Positions 26,202 through 48,199 of a stretch of 64,000 nucleotides of DNA are shown piece by piece; the stretch's first letter is position 1; each line of letters starts with the position of its first letter. Both the position numbers and the translations under genes were made by a program. Origin of the DNA: Bigelowiella natans CCMP2755 (taxonomy: Eukaryota; Protista; Cercozoa). The stretch is from positions 1 through 64,000 of the forward strand of contig ADNK01002059.1 of NCBI GenBank assembly GCA_000320545.1, in the 5' to 3' direction. The notes beneath the pieces were generated by a model. That model saw only the letters and a list, made by a program, of their open reading frames with translations, ran no database searches and was not told the origin of the DNA.

Positions 26202-27350
26202 ACATCAATATTTTAATTCCGTATTCATTATCATTCAGGCGGATATCGATCTAGAATTTATTGATTGGCACTTCAAGTAATTAATTATCTTAGAAATCAA
26301 ATTAAAGCTATTATTTAATCAAAATATCTCAAAAAGATACAGAGTAGTTTAACTCCATTTAATTCCTGCAATTTTAGTCGGACCTTTTTATCCACAACTT
26401 TCAACATCATCATTGCATCGAATGTGGACACGTCATTGGTACGTGCGATTTTCCTCCTAAATTTAGTCTAATAAATTTAAGAATAGGAAAGACATATATA
26501 AAATATTATGACTATACTGTATTAATAGCTTAAAGAATCACTAGCATTGTTCAGTTAGCTACTTTATGCTTGATCTCAATTTTCCTTTGTTCAATATGAC
26601 ATAAATAGTTTACTTGCAGAAGAAAAATTATATATCTTGACAGATTTAATTTTCTAAGGTTGCAGCGGAGTACGCTGCAGAAGCAATTATACACCACCTC
26701 AGGTAACTCCCACCAACCTATTTAAATTTGATGAGAATTTATCCATACTGTGTCATCTTGCTATTACTATGCTGCTACATTTGCTTAATTCTAAAGATCA
26801 TGAACATGCCTTTTACTTGCAAATTCTGAATACTATGCTTACACCACAAGGCCGGGTGGCTTGGTGATCTTGTGCTCCGTCCCAGGAGAGGGTAGCTTGA
26901 ACATGCAACTTCATGTGTTATGGAATATTATAATCAGAATTAAAGAGGAATTATAAAATCGAAAAAAAACATTTTCCTTCTCATATTGAGAGCTTAGAAG
27001 TTGATTTATTTTCAAAACATTTATTCTTCTTAAAATAATGAGAACAAATAACATCAAATGGGTTTCGTAGCAATTAATTATTTTTCTTGGAATTAAGTTA
27101 TATTCATTTGCTTTCTTTCTTCAGTGACATTTCTGTCGATGGATACTGAAAAGAAAGTGTGTCATTATGTGTATCTAATTTAGATTTGTGTCTAATTTTG
27201 GTCGTATATTAGGATTAAACTTGATGAAAAAAATTCTGTTGAAATGGTTAATGAACACGCATTGCTACTTGATGCTATTCCAAAATATCGATAACAGAAT
27301 TAATTGCGTTTGTGTTTACAATGGACAACAATTGCCCCTTTTTAGGTGCG
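23300..27350 (+). CDS. SAM-dependent protein-lysine methyltransferase of the METTL21/22/23 (Methyltransf_16) family; many tiny exons, ends approximate
   Basis: Spliced exons read SALVLGAFIH|..FVGHRVLEIGAGSQ|GVAGLAASHYARQVVFTDQL|..LEIN|..EFIDW|..FNIIIASNV|..IIHHL|PGGLVILC, matching motif I, post-I and motif II of this family. Confidence 0.75.
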
Positions 27351-27936
27351 ATATTCGACCATCAAGCACCCAAACCGTGTATCTAAAGTAATATATTGTT
27401 TACAAGTGATCAAATAGTTATTTTCTAAGAAATGTTTTTTTAAATCTTGTTTTCAGCTCGACGTGTTATGATTCTTTTAATTTCTAATATTCATTCGTGA
27501 TGGATGCTACGATGTACTTCAGTTCTGTTTACGGAGAAGCAAAAGGAGTTGAACCAAAAATGAGCTCGTTGAAGGTTTGATAGATATTTGGCATGGAATG
27601 ACAAAAAACATGTGGTAACTATGCCCATATGAATCCCACTTGTGCACATTTTTTGGTGACAACTAAAAATACAAATGTAGTTCGCAATGATCTGATCATC
27701 ATATAACGAATGATTCAGGGGGAGATGAGTACCAGGCATGAGATTACTGTCATGCGAAGAATGAGAGCCAACATAAGTAATGTTTACCAAAACTAAGGTT
27801 ACATTATATTGGTGTGCTTCTAGTTCAACATCATTACTTATGTTTTCATTCGATTTACGTTTATGCACGTATATGTCCTTTGCCACATTGCAACGACCAC
27901 ATGGAATCGCAAAACAAAATGCGATGAATTCTCTAC

Positions 27937-29700
27937 ATGGGCCTCCAGCAGGGCGAGGTGAAGCAGAATTTCTATTGTAGCGGTACTAAATTCTTTCATA
28001 AGCTGGAGGACGGGACGGGCAGGGATGATGTACTACCAATAAGCGCATGTACACGACTCACATTTAGAACTTCAGTGATGCACATGATTGCCTTGCATGA
28101 CATGAGTTCAATTCTATCGTGAGCGAGATCTACGTGCGCTGTGGAGTACCTGTACGTAGCTCGCAGAGTTTCGTTGGCGCGTACAGAAACATGTGCAGGT
28201 GATGTGCGCGCGCGCGCGACATTGTTGCAGTTGAATGCGTCCACCTCGGCACGCAGAAGAATTCAGGAAAAACAATTGTGCAAAAGTTTCATTGCAAACC
28301 CACGAAACCTGCTGTGCGCGGTGGGGTTCGAACAAGTTGTGGACGTGGGCGGTGCTCAGGCAAACACCACGTGTGCGCTGCAATGAGCTTGCACAAAAAC
28401 GTCGCACGTGTGTGTGTGCGCAATCCATTTTTGTCTGTGCACGTGGTTGGCATGACTCAGTGCGATAGATTGCGTGGCTGTGCAAACGATCCCTCCCAAG
28501 CAGGCGAACGAACCCGGCAATTTCACGGTGTTTCGCACGTTTCCTGCAAGAATCGAATTGAATCAATGCAGCGGCACTACGCACGATTTGTGTGAGAAAA
28601 AAACACGTTTTGCCACAGTTTGGCTTGGTTGTTCGAGAAAAAAAACTCAATTTTTGAACGTCCAGACGTGCTGGAGGTCAACTCGTGACAAAAAAAGGAG
28701 GCCTGAACTCTGGAACCAGTGAAAGAAAAGCGCGAAACGCACTTCGAAGACATTGAACTCAAACTTCGCAGCTTTCTCATTTTCGTCATGCCTTGTGCTC
28801 CCCGTGCTGCCCATCAGAGTGATCGTGCTCCAGTGCTCAAGCGTGGCGTTTTTGAGTTCACTTTTTGACCGTGCGTGGCCGCACCAAATCGCACCAAAAA
28901 TTGAGAGAGCTTTCTGTGTTTTTTTGCTCTCCCAGAGTGCTTGCGCAATTTGCCTGGTTGTGTTGCACACACGTGCATCTCGCACGTGCCGATGTGAAAG
29001 CCAGTCATCACCACGCCACAGCGCACCAGCGCACACCACCAGACCAGCACCAGAGCACACAATGCGCCACCTGCGTGACATCACAGCACGCCAGTGCAGG
29101 TTGCTGTGCGCCAGTGCGCGTGCACGCGTCCAGGCGTCACAACTCCAGAACTGCTGGTGCACTCCAGCACTCTCAAACACGATGATTCGCAGACGTTGGC
29201 ACAATTGGTCGTCAGACTGCCACAGCTAGCTCTGGAGCTGTGCGCGCGCTGCCGAGAACCGCGCTCGCCCACTAGCAAGCTGCAGCACAAAAGTGATTCT
29301 GTGCTTTTGTGGCTCCAGGGCTCGCTCAATCGCTCAACCGTTTCCTTGGAAGCTGAGCTGTTTTGGTGTTGTCAAGTTGTGCAGTGAAATTGACCCGTGC
29401 CAGCGTGTGCGCCGCTCTGTGGCACGGCAGGCTGCTCGATGGGCAAAGCTGGAAAGAAACTTGCAAGCGCTGTTTTCGCCAACGTGCACACTGCGCCCAT
29501 GCCAGCATGCCTGTGCAGCTTGAGAAAATGGAGCTGTCGTTGGAAACACATTGCATCACGACAAGAATTTTCACTGCGTGTCTTCAGATGATCAAAACTG
29601 AACGGCTTCAATTCCGCGAGGGTTGTGAGTTGACAATCATCATCGCATGCATGCATGTGCAGCAAATGCGCGGAGCTGCTGCACACTGGCACTTGCACAA
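27937..29700 (+). pseudogene. Multi-exon gene remnant running from unmutated into mutated sequence
   Basis: Exon-like MGLQQGEVKQNFYCSGTKFFHKLEDGTGRDD|gt with Tyr intact, then Tyr-free fragments (KQLCKSFIANPRNLLCAVGFEQV; ETHFEDIELKLRSFLIFVMPCAP). Confidence 0.35.
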
Positions 29701-30950
29701 AGTCGTGCGTGTGCGTGCGCCCCATGCCAGCATGCCTTGCGATCGAGTGGTTTTCCACGTGCGACACAAAAAACGTGTGACCATTCTGGCATTGTGTGCC
29801 AGTGCGTGTGATGATGGCCAGATGGACACGGCGAGACTGTGCACATTTGCACACGTGTGGTGTTGCGTGTTGCGTGGTGTCTCATTTCACAAAAATGCAC
29901 TTGCAATGGACTGGTGGACACAGTGATTCCACGTGCATTGCACGCATTGCATCGTCCCGCGTGGTGTCTGTCATTGTGCCTCATTGACGGTCACGCGGTC
30001 CAAGTGAGACAACGCTGGAACGCTGGAACGTGCAAATTCCAAGGCTTGACATTCCTTGGCGGCGCACACGTCTAGACGTCGTGCAAAAATGATGGACCTG
30101 CATGGCAACCATCTAGCCATGCCAGCATCTAGGCATGGCCAGTGCAACGTGTTGTGTGCATGGGCATGCGCGTGTCATCTGGTCATGTGTCACGTTGTGC
30201 ACTTCATGTACATGTCCCATCACGTGTTGCTGCACGTCTTTGATGAAATCTAGAAATGCCGTTGTGATGATTGCCCTGCCAAGGTGATCATCCTGCCTGC
30301 GCAGCTTTGTTTGAAGCATGATGATGCATTTCAAGCATCGAATGCCGAAGTGTCATCACGCACTGCAGCTAGCGTGGATCGAATGACCAGAGCACAGGAG
30401 GGCTCTGGAGCTAGAGGGGCGCGCACCTTCAAAATGAGCCACGCTAACACGCTAGCACGTCGGACGACCTCTGGACTCTTTCTCATGTTTTGCTAGATTT
30501 CGATTCTGGATTCATTGGTGCACAACTTGTGCAGGTTTGAGTTGCGCGTTTTGGTGCGCCATGTGGCACATGTGAGTGAGACAAGTTTATGGCCATTTGC
30601 ATGCGCACTCTCATGATGCGCACGGCAAGTGCAGCAAAGTGTGTGACGACATTTGACATGGTTTCTCACTAGTCTCATGCCTGTTCACTGCATGTAGCTA
30701 ACTTGCGTATTAGCGTAGTCTAGTAGTGTGCAAGCGCGCATGTCTTTCTAGCTTCTAGAGCTTTGTTGCTACGCGCTGGCGCACGATGCTGAGCAGGCAG
30801 AGTAGTGCTTACCAAGGAGGGCCCGAGGGAGAGTCGAGATGTCGTTACTCATCTAGTCATCATGCACAACTCGTCATCCTGGTGATTACACTCGGGCTCG
30901 ATTGTCACAGCTGTGGATGCATGCATGAACGTAAATGATGTACCAAAAGC
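28200..30950. other. TpA-depleted domain 3
   Basis: TpA nearly absent 28200-30600; CTAG-rich fringe 30050-30950. Confidence 0.9.
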
Positions 30951-31117
30951 GCTAGTAGCTTACTCTGCACCGCGCAGGTTCTGCATGCTCTCACTTCCAT
31001 GCAAGCCTTGTTTACTTTTTCCAACTCATCACGAATTACCTCATTCGATTTTCTCAATGTCAGATAACACCTCTTTTGAATAATCAATGCCATTTGCAAC
31101 TTAGAAGATTTCTTAAG

Positions 31118-39950
<8,833 letters not shown>

Positions 39951-40336
39951 TGGAACACAGATGCCAAGTTGCTAAGAGCCTGGGATCGAAATTGGTTGAT
40001 TGCGTTTATCGTCAAGAGTCTGCACGTAATGACGCACGTCTGACCGATCAGTTCATTACACACGTTCGAATTGAAATGCGTCATGTAACATGATGTGAAA
40101 TAATGCATGCCATTTTACTCCTAAGTCTTCTAAAATTAAAGACTAAATCTAGAAATTACATAAGGCCGTCGTGTTAGTCTTTTAATGATTATCAACCTGC
40201 GTTGATAGTAAGATGTAAGAAACATGGTGTGGTTTTTATGTAAGCACATTGAACGAATGAAATACTATGCAATTTTACCTTCCGACAAAGGAAAACATTG
40301 TAAGCAGAACCGCGAACGTCCTGCAGCGAACTCTTG

Positions 40337-41200
40337 ATGAAGATGCTGCGACGAATTTGCTGGTGGCGTGCCTCCTCCTTCGAGAACACCTCACATTTTT
40401 CTAGCACTGCCAAAAGGGCTTTTACCACCTCGATTAATGATGCGAGCAGAGAATTCAAAATTTTTGAGATGCGTAAGTACTCCCTCAGGCCAGAACACGC
40501 TGCTCTTTACTGGAGCGAACTAAGTAAAGCTGGGGAAATTCGCCGTAAATTGTTACCCTTGCTACTGTTTTTGAAACCAGAGACTGGTGGAAAGTTGAAT
40601 GTTGCTACCCACCTTTACGGTTATAAAGACCATTCTGAACGGGATGGCCGAAGAGCTGCTGCAATGAACAGTCAAGAGTGGCTAAATTTTCTCTCGAGAA
40701 CCAAAAAATGCATCTCTGAAATGGAGTCAACAATCTATGTGGAGGCCACCGACTTACTAGAAAATTGTGGATTAGGAGGAGCTTCAAAATTTTCCACCCC
40801 GATTGGTGACAAAAGCATGGGTGTGTACGAGATGAGGAAATACCAGCTAAAGCTAGGCTACACGACAGTTCCCGAGTTTCTTGGTTATTATGGACAAGGT
40901 CTCCCATCAAAATTACAAGCAGACCCAGAAGCAGAATTAGTTACACTCCTCTACAGTGACATTGGACCGCTAAACGAGGTACGCCTAAATTTCATTGCAA
41001 CCTTCCTCTGTGTTAATTGTTTTCTGCCATAACAGGTGTATGAAATTTGGAGGCATGCCGATACGAGTGCGATGACAAGAAGTCGAGTGGCCGCACGAGA
41101 GGCAATTGAATGGAGAAAAAGCATAGCCAGCATAGCTGAATTAGCCATTGACTTTACCAATACAATTTACAAACCAGTTGGTGTTTCGAATTGGAAGTAA
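40337..41200 (+). CDS. NIPSNAP: NIPSNAP family protein (2 exons; N-terminus resembles a mitochondrial targeting peptide)
   Basis: Two NIPSNAP repeats (FEMRKYSLRP...ETGGKLNVATHLYGY; YEMRKYQLK...SDIGPLNE|VYEIWRH...SRVAAR...WR); intron 40979-41035. Confidence 0.9.
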
Positions 41201-42116
41201 TTCATGCAAACACGTGCCAGTTTTCGCATGTGTCTAGACGCATCCATGATGACCATGCAAGCGCACATCGCACCTGCACGTAATGGTATCGTGAACACAA
41301 CTGAATAAGTATTGTTGTGTTCCAATACTGTGCGTGCGACACGATCGAATATAGGAATGAGCATCGTCGAGCAGCTACCCAGTACCATGTAGAGCAAGCA
41401 GATCTAGAGATGATGCAACATGCTGCCTACATGCACACAGAATGCCATGCCCAACGCACGCACTAGCGCAATGCATTGTGTGCTCAATGTGCAATGCTAG
41501 TGGAATGCATCACTGTGTCCGTGATGCGTTGCGACGCATGCACACTTCCATGAGTCAGTACGTTTAGCTGTGCCAGTTACATGCCTAGATGCGTGTGCGC
41601 ATGTTCGATCCGCCTGCACGTGCGTGCGTGTGTGAATGATGTCAGACAAGGCACAATCGCAGTAGCATGGCTCATTGACGGAGACAAAGAAATCTCTAGA
41701 TCTGTAAATCTAGAAATGGTGACGATGCATGACTCAGTCACATCATGCACGTACACGCACACCACTCGACCACCATGTCTACGCACCTCTCTAGCTCTAC
41801 TAGCTAGTCTAGACCTCTAGACCTAGCTAGCTAGGCACGTCACGACGTGCGTGCGCAAGATGCATGTGGATCATCACATCACACGTGCTGGTGCTGGGGT
41901 GAATGCCACACATCTGTGCACATGCTAGCACATCTAGACACGCGAAAGTGGCGCCATGCACCAGTGCTCAGTGCTGCTCTAGTCTAGTAGTGCTCTACTA
42001 GTCTACATCGTAGTCTAGCACATGCAGTGCTGTTCTCGCATGCGCACTAGAGCATGCTAGCATGCACTCCAGCACTCACGTGCATGATCAACTAGATCAA
42101 GTCACAGACACATGCA

Positions 42117-42151
<35 letters not shown>

Positions 42152-42823
42152 CCGTTGGGAGCAGAGTTGTCTACACATCGCGTGTGTGAGACGGGCTAGC
42201 GTGCTAGCGGGGGCCGAACAACCTGACAACTCAACTGTCAACCCCATCCGACGAACTGGTGTATGTACACCAGTAATCATTGCATCGCTTTTCGAGTTGA
42301 CAAAAGCTCACATCGAGAAGGTGCTTGTTTAGCTGACTTGCAATGCAAACAGTGCACCAAATGTGCATCATTTTGCTAGGATCATGTAAACTTATTTGCA
42401 TGGTCTTAACCATTTGACACACAATGACCACGTTTTACATTCTTTTACGTACATCTATTGTGTGCTAGAATTTTAGCCGCGTTTAGCGACGCAATGATTA
42501 CTGGTGCATGTGCACCAGTGACGACCACCTCCAACAAACATTGCGCCACACAATTCACTTTGACGCCAAAAGGCTAGTCGATGAAGATGGACACTACGCG
42601 GACAAGTCCGTCTCAAAGTTGCTGGCACACGGTAAAATCTGCGATTTGACACACTCCTGCTACGAATGTTTTTGCATGGTTGGTTTCATTGAACATGAAA
42701 GAGGAACCACATGACACACATTTGATGATTTGTCGACATTGAATGGTTTCAATGATCAGCTACAGATTTCAGCAGCTGTCTGTCACACAAAGCGAGCCTG
42801 TGATTCTCAAGGCTCGCTCTGAT

Positions 42824-43156
42824 CTACGGCTTTTCATCCAGATAGTGGTGATTGTCGTGTTCAAAGGGCATGGCTGAGCCCACCGGTGCTTCCACCCAGC
42901 TCGTACCATTAGCTTGCTTGACGTGGGAGGCTATCAGCCACTTTTTCCCGTCACTTTCCACGACTTTGCCCTTCAGAGCGGCTCCGTCGCGGGGCCAGTC
43001 GTTGTTGGAAGCCAGAGTGTGGGTTTTGGTCGGATCCTGACGCCAAAACATGCCTGTGCAGCCCGCTCGGCGCTTCTTGAGACAATGCGTGGTGCCTGTG
43101 GGCTCCGCAGTCGAGTTTTCCTTCTTTTCTTGTTCCTTGGAAGACATTTGTCCCAT
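42824..43156 (-). CDS. Small intronless hypothetical protein (110 aa, MGxxSS myristoylation-like start), probably mutated
   Basis: ATG-to-TAG ORF with globular, Trp-rich composition; His/Cys occur where Tyr would be natural (THCLK, GCTG, FEHDNHHYL). Confidence 0.6.
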   Translation of the reverse strand: MGQMSSKEQEKKENSTAEPTGTTHCLKKRRAGCTGMFWRQDPTKTHTLASNNDWPRDGAALKGKVVESDGKKWLIASHVKQANGTSWVEAPVGSAMPFEHDNHHYLDEKP

Positions 43157-43479
43157 GCAGAGTCGACCCTTTAGTCACGGTCAGTAGAGGCAGGGATGTG
43201 AGATGTGAAAGGAAGGAGGTCGAGCAAGGAAGCAGTTCTCAGCAACACAATTGACGAACAATTCCAGGACGATGAGAAACATCCAAATCAGACATCAAAT
43301 CATGTGTTGTCGTCCTGCACAATTTCAATGCGTTTCCGCGCAAGGACTGTGAGTTGTCGTCAGACTGAAATGACACGACATTTTGCGTCCCAAAGTGCAT
43401 GTTGTTTCGCAACAACGACATGTGTCGCATGCGAGTACACATCACCATCACTAAACTAAAAGTCATTGCAGAAATCAGC

Positions 43480-43915
43480 GAGGTCCATCATTGCTCTCAT
43501 TTGGATGCTGCGAGGGATGCATTCTCTCGAGTGTCAGGGTGGCCCTGGGTCCTGGCTCCTCCTTTTTTCGTGGCTCCGACTCCAGTGATACTGAAGTCCC
43601 ATTGGGTGCCCCCTCGGACGACCCCTCCGTGGACCGTCGAAGTGCAGCCTTCAGGAAGTTCTTGCTTGGAGTGGGTGCCCATCGTCGACGCCACACTGCT
43701 GGTGGCCAAATTGTTCCACAATGTGCGTCTGTTAGCTAATTGCAATGGTCAGGTTGCCAAATTCAAAAACCTGCTGGTCTCACCAGCTAGACCTCACTGA
43801 AGCTAATTCGAGGCACTGCGTTTCGCACACTGCAAGTCCAGAAGCTGAGTGTCTTGCAACGCTGGAACGTTTTGGAAGTGTGGTTCGTCACCATTGTTCG
43901 TTGTTCATTGTTCAG
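43480..43915 (+). mobile_element. 3' fragment of a LINE-like element (ORF C-terminus, 3' UTR, simple-repeat tail)
   Basis: Peptide FFRGSDSSDTEVPLGAPSDDPSVDRRSAAFRKFLL is homologous to the inverted copy at 49902-50141; ends in an (attgttc)-type tail. Confidence 0.6.
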
Positions 43916-44634
43916 TGAATTGACAATTTGCCATCCCTGGCTTCTGTCGTGTCACTTCGGACCACTGGCTGCAAATGGCGCATTGTGCAACAAGAGCATC
44001 AATGGGAATTCTGGATTTTGCAATGCCAGAATGCATGCTCTTCTTCACTCCCAAAGTCACCCGTGAAGCAGGACCCACACAGAATTGCTGTGTCCATTGT
44101 GTAGCAGCACTAGAGCAGAGAAAGCCATCCATGAATGTCCTTTGCGTGCATGTTGTGCTAGTGTGCCTAGTGAGCGCACGTCGTGTGCGCGACGTGATCG
44201 ACTGGCAAAGATGCCAAACACATGCGTTGCAAATGCAGGGGACGCTGCAGTTCTAGAGTTGCACCAAGGGTGCGTCCATACGTGCAGCGGTCATGCAAGC
44301 GAGACTTTTTCGCCGTCGGAACAATGAATGTGATGAGCCAAAAGTTCTAGGTGTTGCACATCTAGAACTATATTTGCAATTCTAGAAGTGCATGATGCAC
44401 AGCCAATTTAAGCCCGAGCCCGCGAAAAATGATAATCGTAAGCTTTGCTTTTGTTAACTACGAACATAAGTCATCTCTCTTATTGAATCTTAGACACGTT
44501 TTAAGGGGGAAATGTGTAAAATTCTACTATTACGAGTGCAGGACTAAGAAAATACACGAAATTCTAAGATGTCGCAACAATACTTTGATCTTTTAGATTG
44601 AAACTAGACGATATCATATCGCTGACAAACTCAA

Positions 44635-45255
44635 TCATGATGCTTCCAGTAGCATTTTTTGATAATGTAAATCAATCTCTTGCTTTCCTTTCTTCTCCCT
44701 AAATACCACATTCCCACTTCAAGAACATAGTATCACAACAAAGATACAAATATTCTTACATTTCGCGAATTTGCTGAGCAATATTTTTCAGATGTAGAGT
44801 AGATTCCTCAATAAATCTTTCCCGCCTATCTCGCATTTTGCTTGACTTTTGAAGTTGAGCTTCTGCATCCGCGAGAGCATTCTCGACTAGAAGGAGGATG
44901 TTGTTACAGGCAAGTATTATAACTGCAAACATTTACACATTGCAAGTACCATACGCTCCAAGTTTGCTTTCCTTCATTCTTTTATCGCATGATGGTATTA
45001 AAGCCCGATCTACAACCTATGACCAAATTTAGATTCTACTGAATATAGTTACTACTATTCTAAGTTCTCATTACGTTTGAGATCTCAAAAATCTCGTCTA
45101 GAGCCCTTTCCATTTCGTTTGTTGTGCCCTGATTTGTAACGTATTAATTTCATCAATTTTGAGGTTTTGAATGTAAAACTTCATCAGAAAGTGACACAAT
45201 TTAACCCCCTTCCTCTCCCATCTCTAAAATGGATTAGGTATGAGTAATATTGTAT

Positions 45256-45288
<33 letters not shown>

Positions 45289-45305
45289 TGATGTATGCAT
45301 TAATT

Positions 45306-45341
<36 letters not shown>

Positions 45342-46094
45342 CGTGTGTGCGTGCAACCTCGAAGTGGCGCACAAATTTATCAATCTCAGGTTTCAGAACC
45401 GTGGAATGGTCCAAAAGATACTTAAGTATCTCCGTGTATTCTGCGATGAATCAATTGCAAATTAAACAAAGATCAAAACTATTCTTGACATATTGAGAGA
45501 AGGATAGATGAGAAAAAATACCATTCAGAAGCAATTCAGATTCCGACCTCGACATTATTTTTGAACTTAAATAGTCAAGTGCCTTTTTAAAATGCGGGAG
45601 ATGTAAATTAATGACAACGATAACGTTGTACTGAATGATGAATAATTATTATGGTATCGATATGATAATGGTGGCGAAATTTGATTATAATGGTAATAAT
45701 GATAAAGATTGGATTCTGAAGTAAAGATGCTGAACCAAGCAATATCAAATCGAATCATTCAAGAAATCACCTTGTTTACTGTCCCAAGAGTAGAAATCAT
45801 CGTTTGATTTTGAATGTCAACACCTGCTATGAGAAGGCTTCTTCTCTTTTGGTTCAGTGATGATGATGGGTCGGAAATGATGGCAGCCAACCCTTCACTC
45901 TGTCTATTAGCCATTGCTGCAGAAGGCAAGCCTGAAGTTAATGCCATTCCGCTACTAGTGGAAGAAGTAGAAGTAGCAGCAGTAGCCGTTGTAGAAGTAG
46001 ACAGTGTATTGGAGGTTGCGGAATTAGGAAGTTGGGTTTGCGTCCGTTCTTTGCCGTCCTTCCCAAACAGAGAGGCAGCTAGGTTGCCCCACAT
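44635..46094 (-). CDS. BLOC1S5: BLOC-1 subunit 5 (Muted)-like coiled-coil protein, multi-exon
   Basis: Spliced YLLDHSTVLKPEIDKFVRHFE|GTTNEMERAL...LIPSC...MLSRMQKLN...KAREIDLHYQK resembles Muted (RLLDHRPVIQGETRYFVKEFE...EMRVL...LPKC...KRAEVDEEH, recalled from memory). Confidence 0.55.
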
Positions 46095-46626
46095 TTTGGT
46101 TACTCGCGAACGAAAATGATACCGAAGCTTCTTAGTACTACAGGAATTTAGTGCAAGGATTTTAGCATGATCACCAAAGAAGTTGAAATTAGAGATGTAG
46201 CTTGCGCATACGATGATGTGTCAATGCATATACCACCTAGTGTGAGAAGCACCAGTGGGTTGATGGTTCACAAGTACTCTTTTTGCTACTTATAACCAAC
46301 TTACTACAGCGAATGGTGATGACGATGTATCAATGATTCGATGTATGGCTGATGAATGAAGAAAGGGTGATCGTTAGACAAGTCCTCCACTTCCCCTCCC
46401 CCCATTGACCAGTAGTGTACCTTCTTCTTCCTTCTTTTGAATAGTAGTAGGATGTAGTTAAGTTTAGTCAGTTCTTCTAGATCTAGTCGCATCCGTGACT
46501 CTGATGTTAGTAATGGTTCTTCTAGTCGCATCCTTGAATTTGTTGGTAGTAATGATGTTTTTTCACCAAAGTCAGAATAACTAACTAGTAGTGGACAGAA
46601 ATTCGACTGACCAGTAGCACAATAAC

Positions 46627-46627
<1 letters not shown>

Positions 46628-46689
<62 letters not shown>
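46628..46689 (+). repeat. (CAA)n microsatellite
   Basis: Directly visible. Confidence 0.95.
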
Positions 46690-46757
46690 ATCAATATCAA
46701 TCAATAATCGCGCATCACTCAAGATTCCACAACCCTCCTCCCAAAAAAGTCTGCGGC

Positions 46758-47942
46758 ATGTTCAACCCCTACTATAGCAGCACTGGCTCCAACCCTGACC
46801 TCCATCCTCTCCTTGGTAATTTGATTGTTGATATTACAACCCAAGTATCTAACCATTACTCTGATCCACCACTCCTCAGGCTTTACAATGGGGCTTACAA
46901 CTGGACTAGCTGCATCTCTAGGTGTGCTCTCTATCTCCGCCTCATGTAGCCCGGAGGAAAAGAAGAAGAAGAAACAACTGAAGCTGGAGTCTTCAACTGA
47001 GATTCTCCAATGGAGAGGTGGTTCATGCCTGATAAAAACTCTTCCTTGGAAAGACTTTTGTATACATATTCTACTCGTTATAAGTAATAATCTATTTCAG
47101 CAATGGGAAAGACTCAACTGTCGCCAGAACTGATGGATATTAAGAAGGAAGATAAGAAGAGCACCGACGAACTGCAGAAACTTTTCCGAAAAATGGATCT
47201 GGATAGTGATGGAAAAATCGACAAAGGTTGGTTCTTCTGGATTCTTCAATCATCTTCCCGTATCTATACCTATCTATGTGTATACGTTTGCTTAGTACTC
47301 AAAATTGTATTGAATATGTTTTTCATGGTACGCATCACCATACACATGTAGATATTATTGAAAACTATAAAATGTATACAATAAATGTATTTACATATAT
47401 AAACGTATGTTTGCGCACGGTTGTGTTTTGTACATCGCCATCTGCGTGCATATATGCATGTTTCCTCATCGCGCTCTTTCTTTTTTCTCTCCCCAGATGA
47501 ATTACGCGTCTTTTTAATCAAGATTGGGGATATTGCGGTGAACAATGAGATATCTGGTAGTAACGTGCAGGAATGATATATCTGTCACAGCTAGCGCACT
47601 CTGTATCAACCTCATTTAATTTCTCAACTCTCATTCCGTAGGCTCTAAATCTCTCACAAAATTTGTCGGTATTCCAACTCTGACGGGATATATGTCACCC
47701 ACACGGTATCAACGAGTAAAATTGGAAAACAAGCTCAACCAGCTGATGGAGAAGTATGACATCAACAACGACAAAGCGCTGGATGAGTATGAGGTAAGTA
47801 TCTATTTTGATACACTTACACTGTGACACAGTATTTTAATGTTACAAAGCTTGCACTAACTCAATATCTTCTATGACAGTTCTGGGCTTTATGTAATGAC
47901 TACCTTGCGAGCTACATTCCGATGAGACTGCAGCTCCTTTAA
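46758..47942 (+). CDS. EF-hand calcium-binding protein with N-terminal hydrophobic segment, multi-exon
   Basis: LQKLFRKMDLDSDGKIDK|DEL and LMEKYDINNDKALDEYE|F are two EF-hands; GT-AG introns; stop at 47940-47942. Confidence 0.85.
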
Positions 47943-48199
47943 GTGGAATGGTTGCTTTTACTGGTGTTACATGGATGCAACCAAAATATTCGATCGTCAT
48001 GAAACTTTCGATATTCATCGTATCAGATCTACAAGGCAGTGTACTTCCTTTGTGAGGAATCCATCGCACGTAGAAATATGAGAAATCAACTAGCAGCTGC
48101 ACGCGTGCGCGCAAAGTGCATGGGCGACACAATAGACATACATACATGTGATACACATTATACATACTAGTATGTTGCACATACTGTGTCTATAGTCAT

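Larger units (their letters stand above)
41200..44400. other. Partially TpA-depleted domain 4 with dense surviving CTAG
   Basis: For example ctctagctctactagctagtctagacctctagacctagctagctagg at about 41788-41835, amid TG/CA-rich sequence. Confidence 0.85.

Noticed and set aside
23300-27350. The methyltransferase as the DNA-modifying enzyme of the mutator
   Set aside because: Its motifs fit protein-lysine METTL21/22/23 enzymes; no DPPW/NPPY or PCQ motif was seen.
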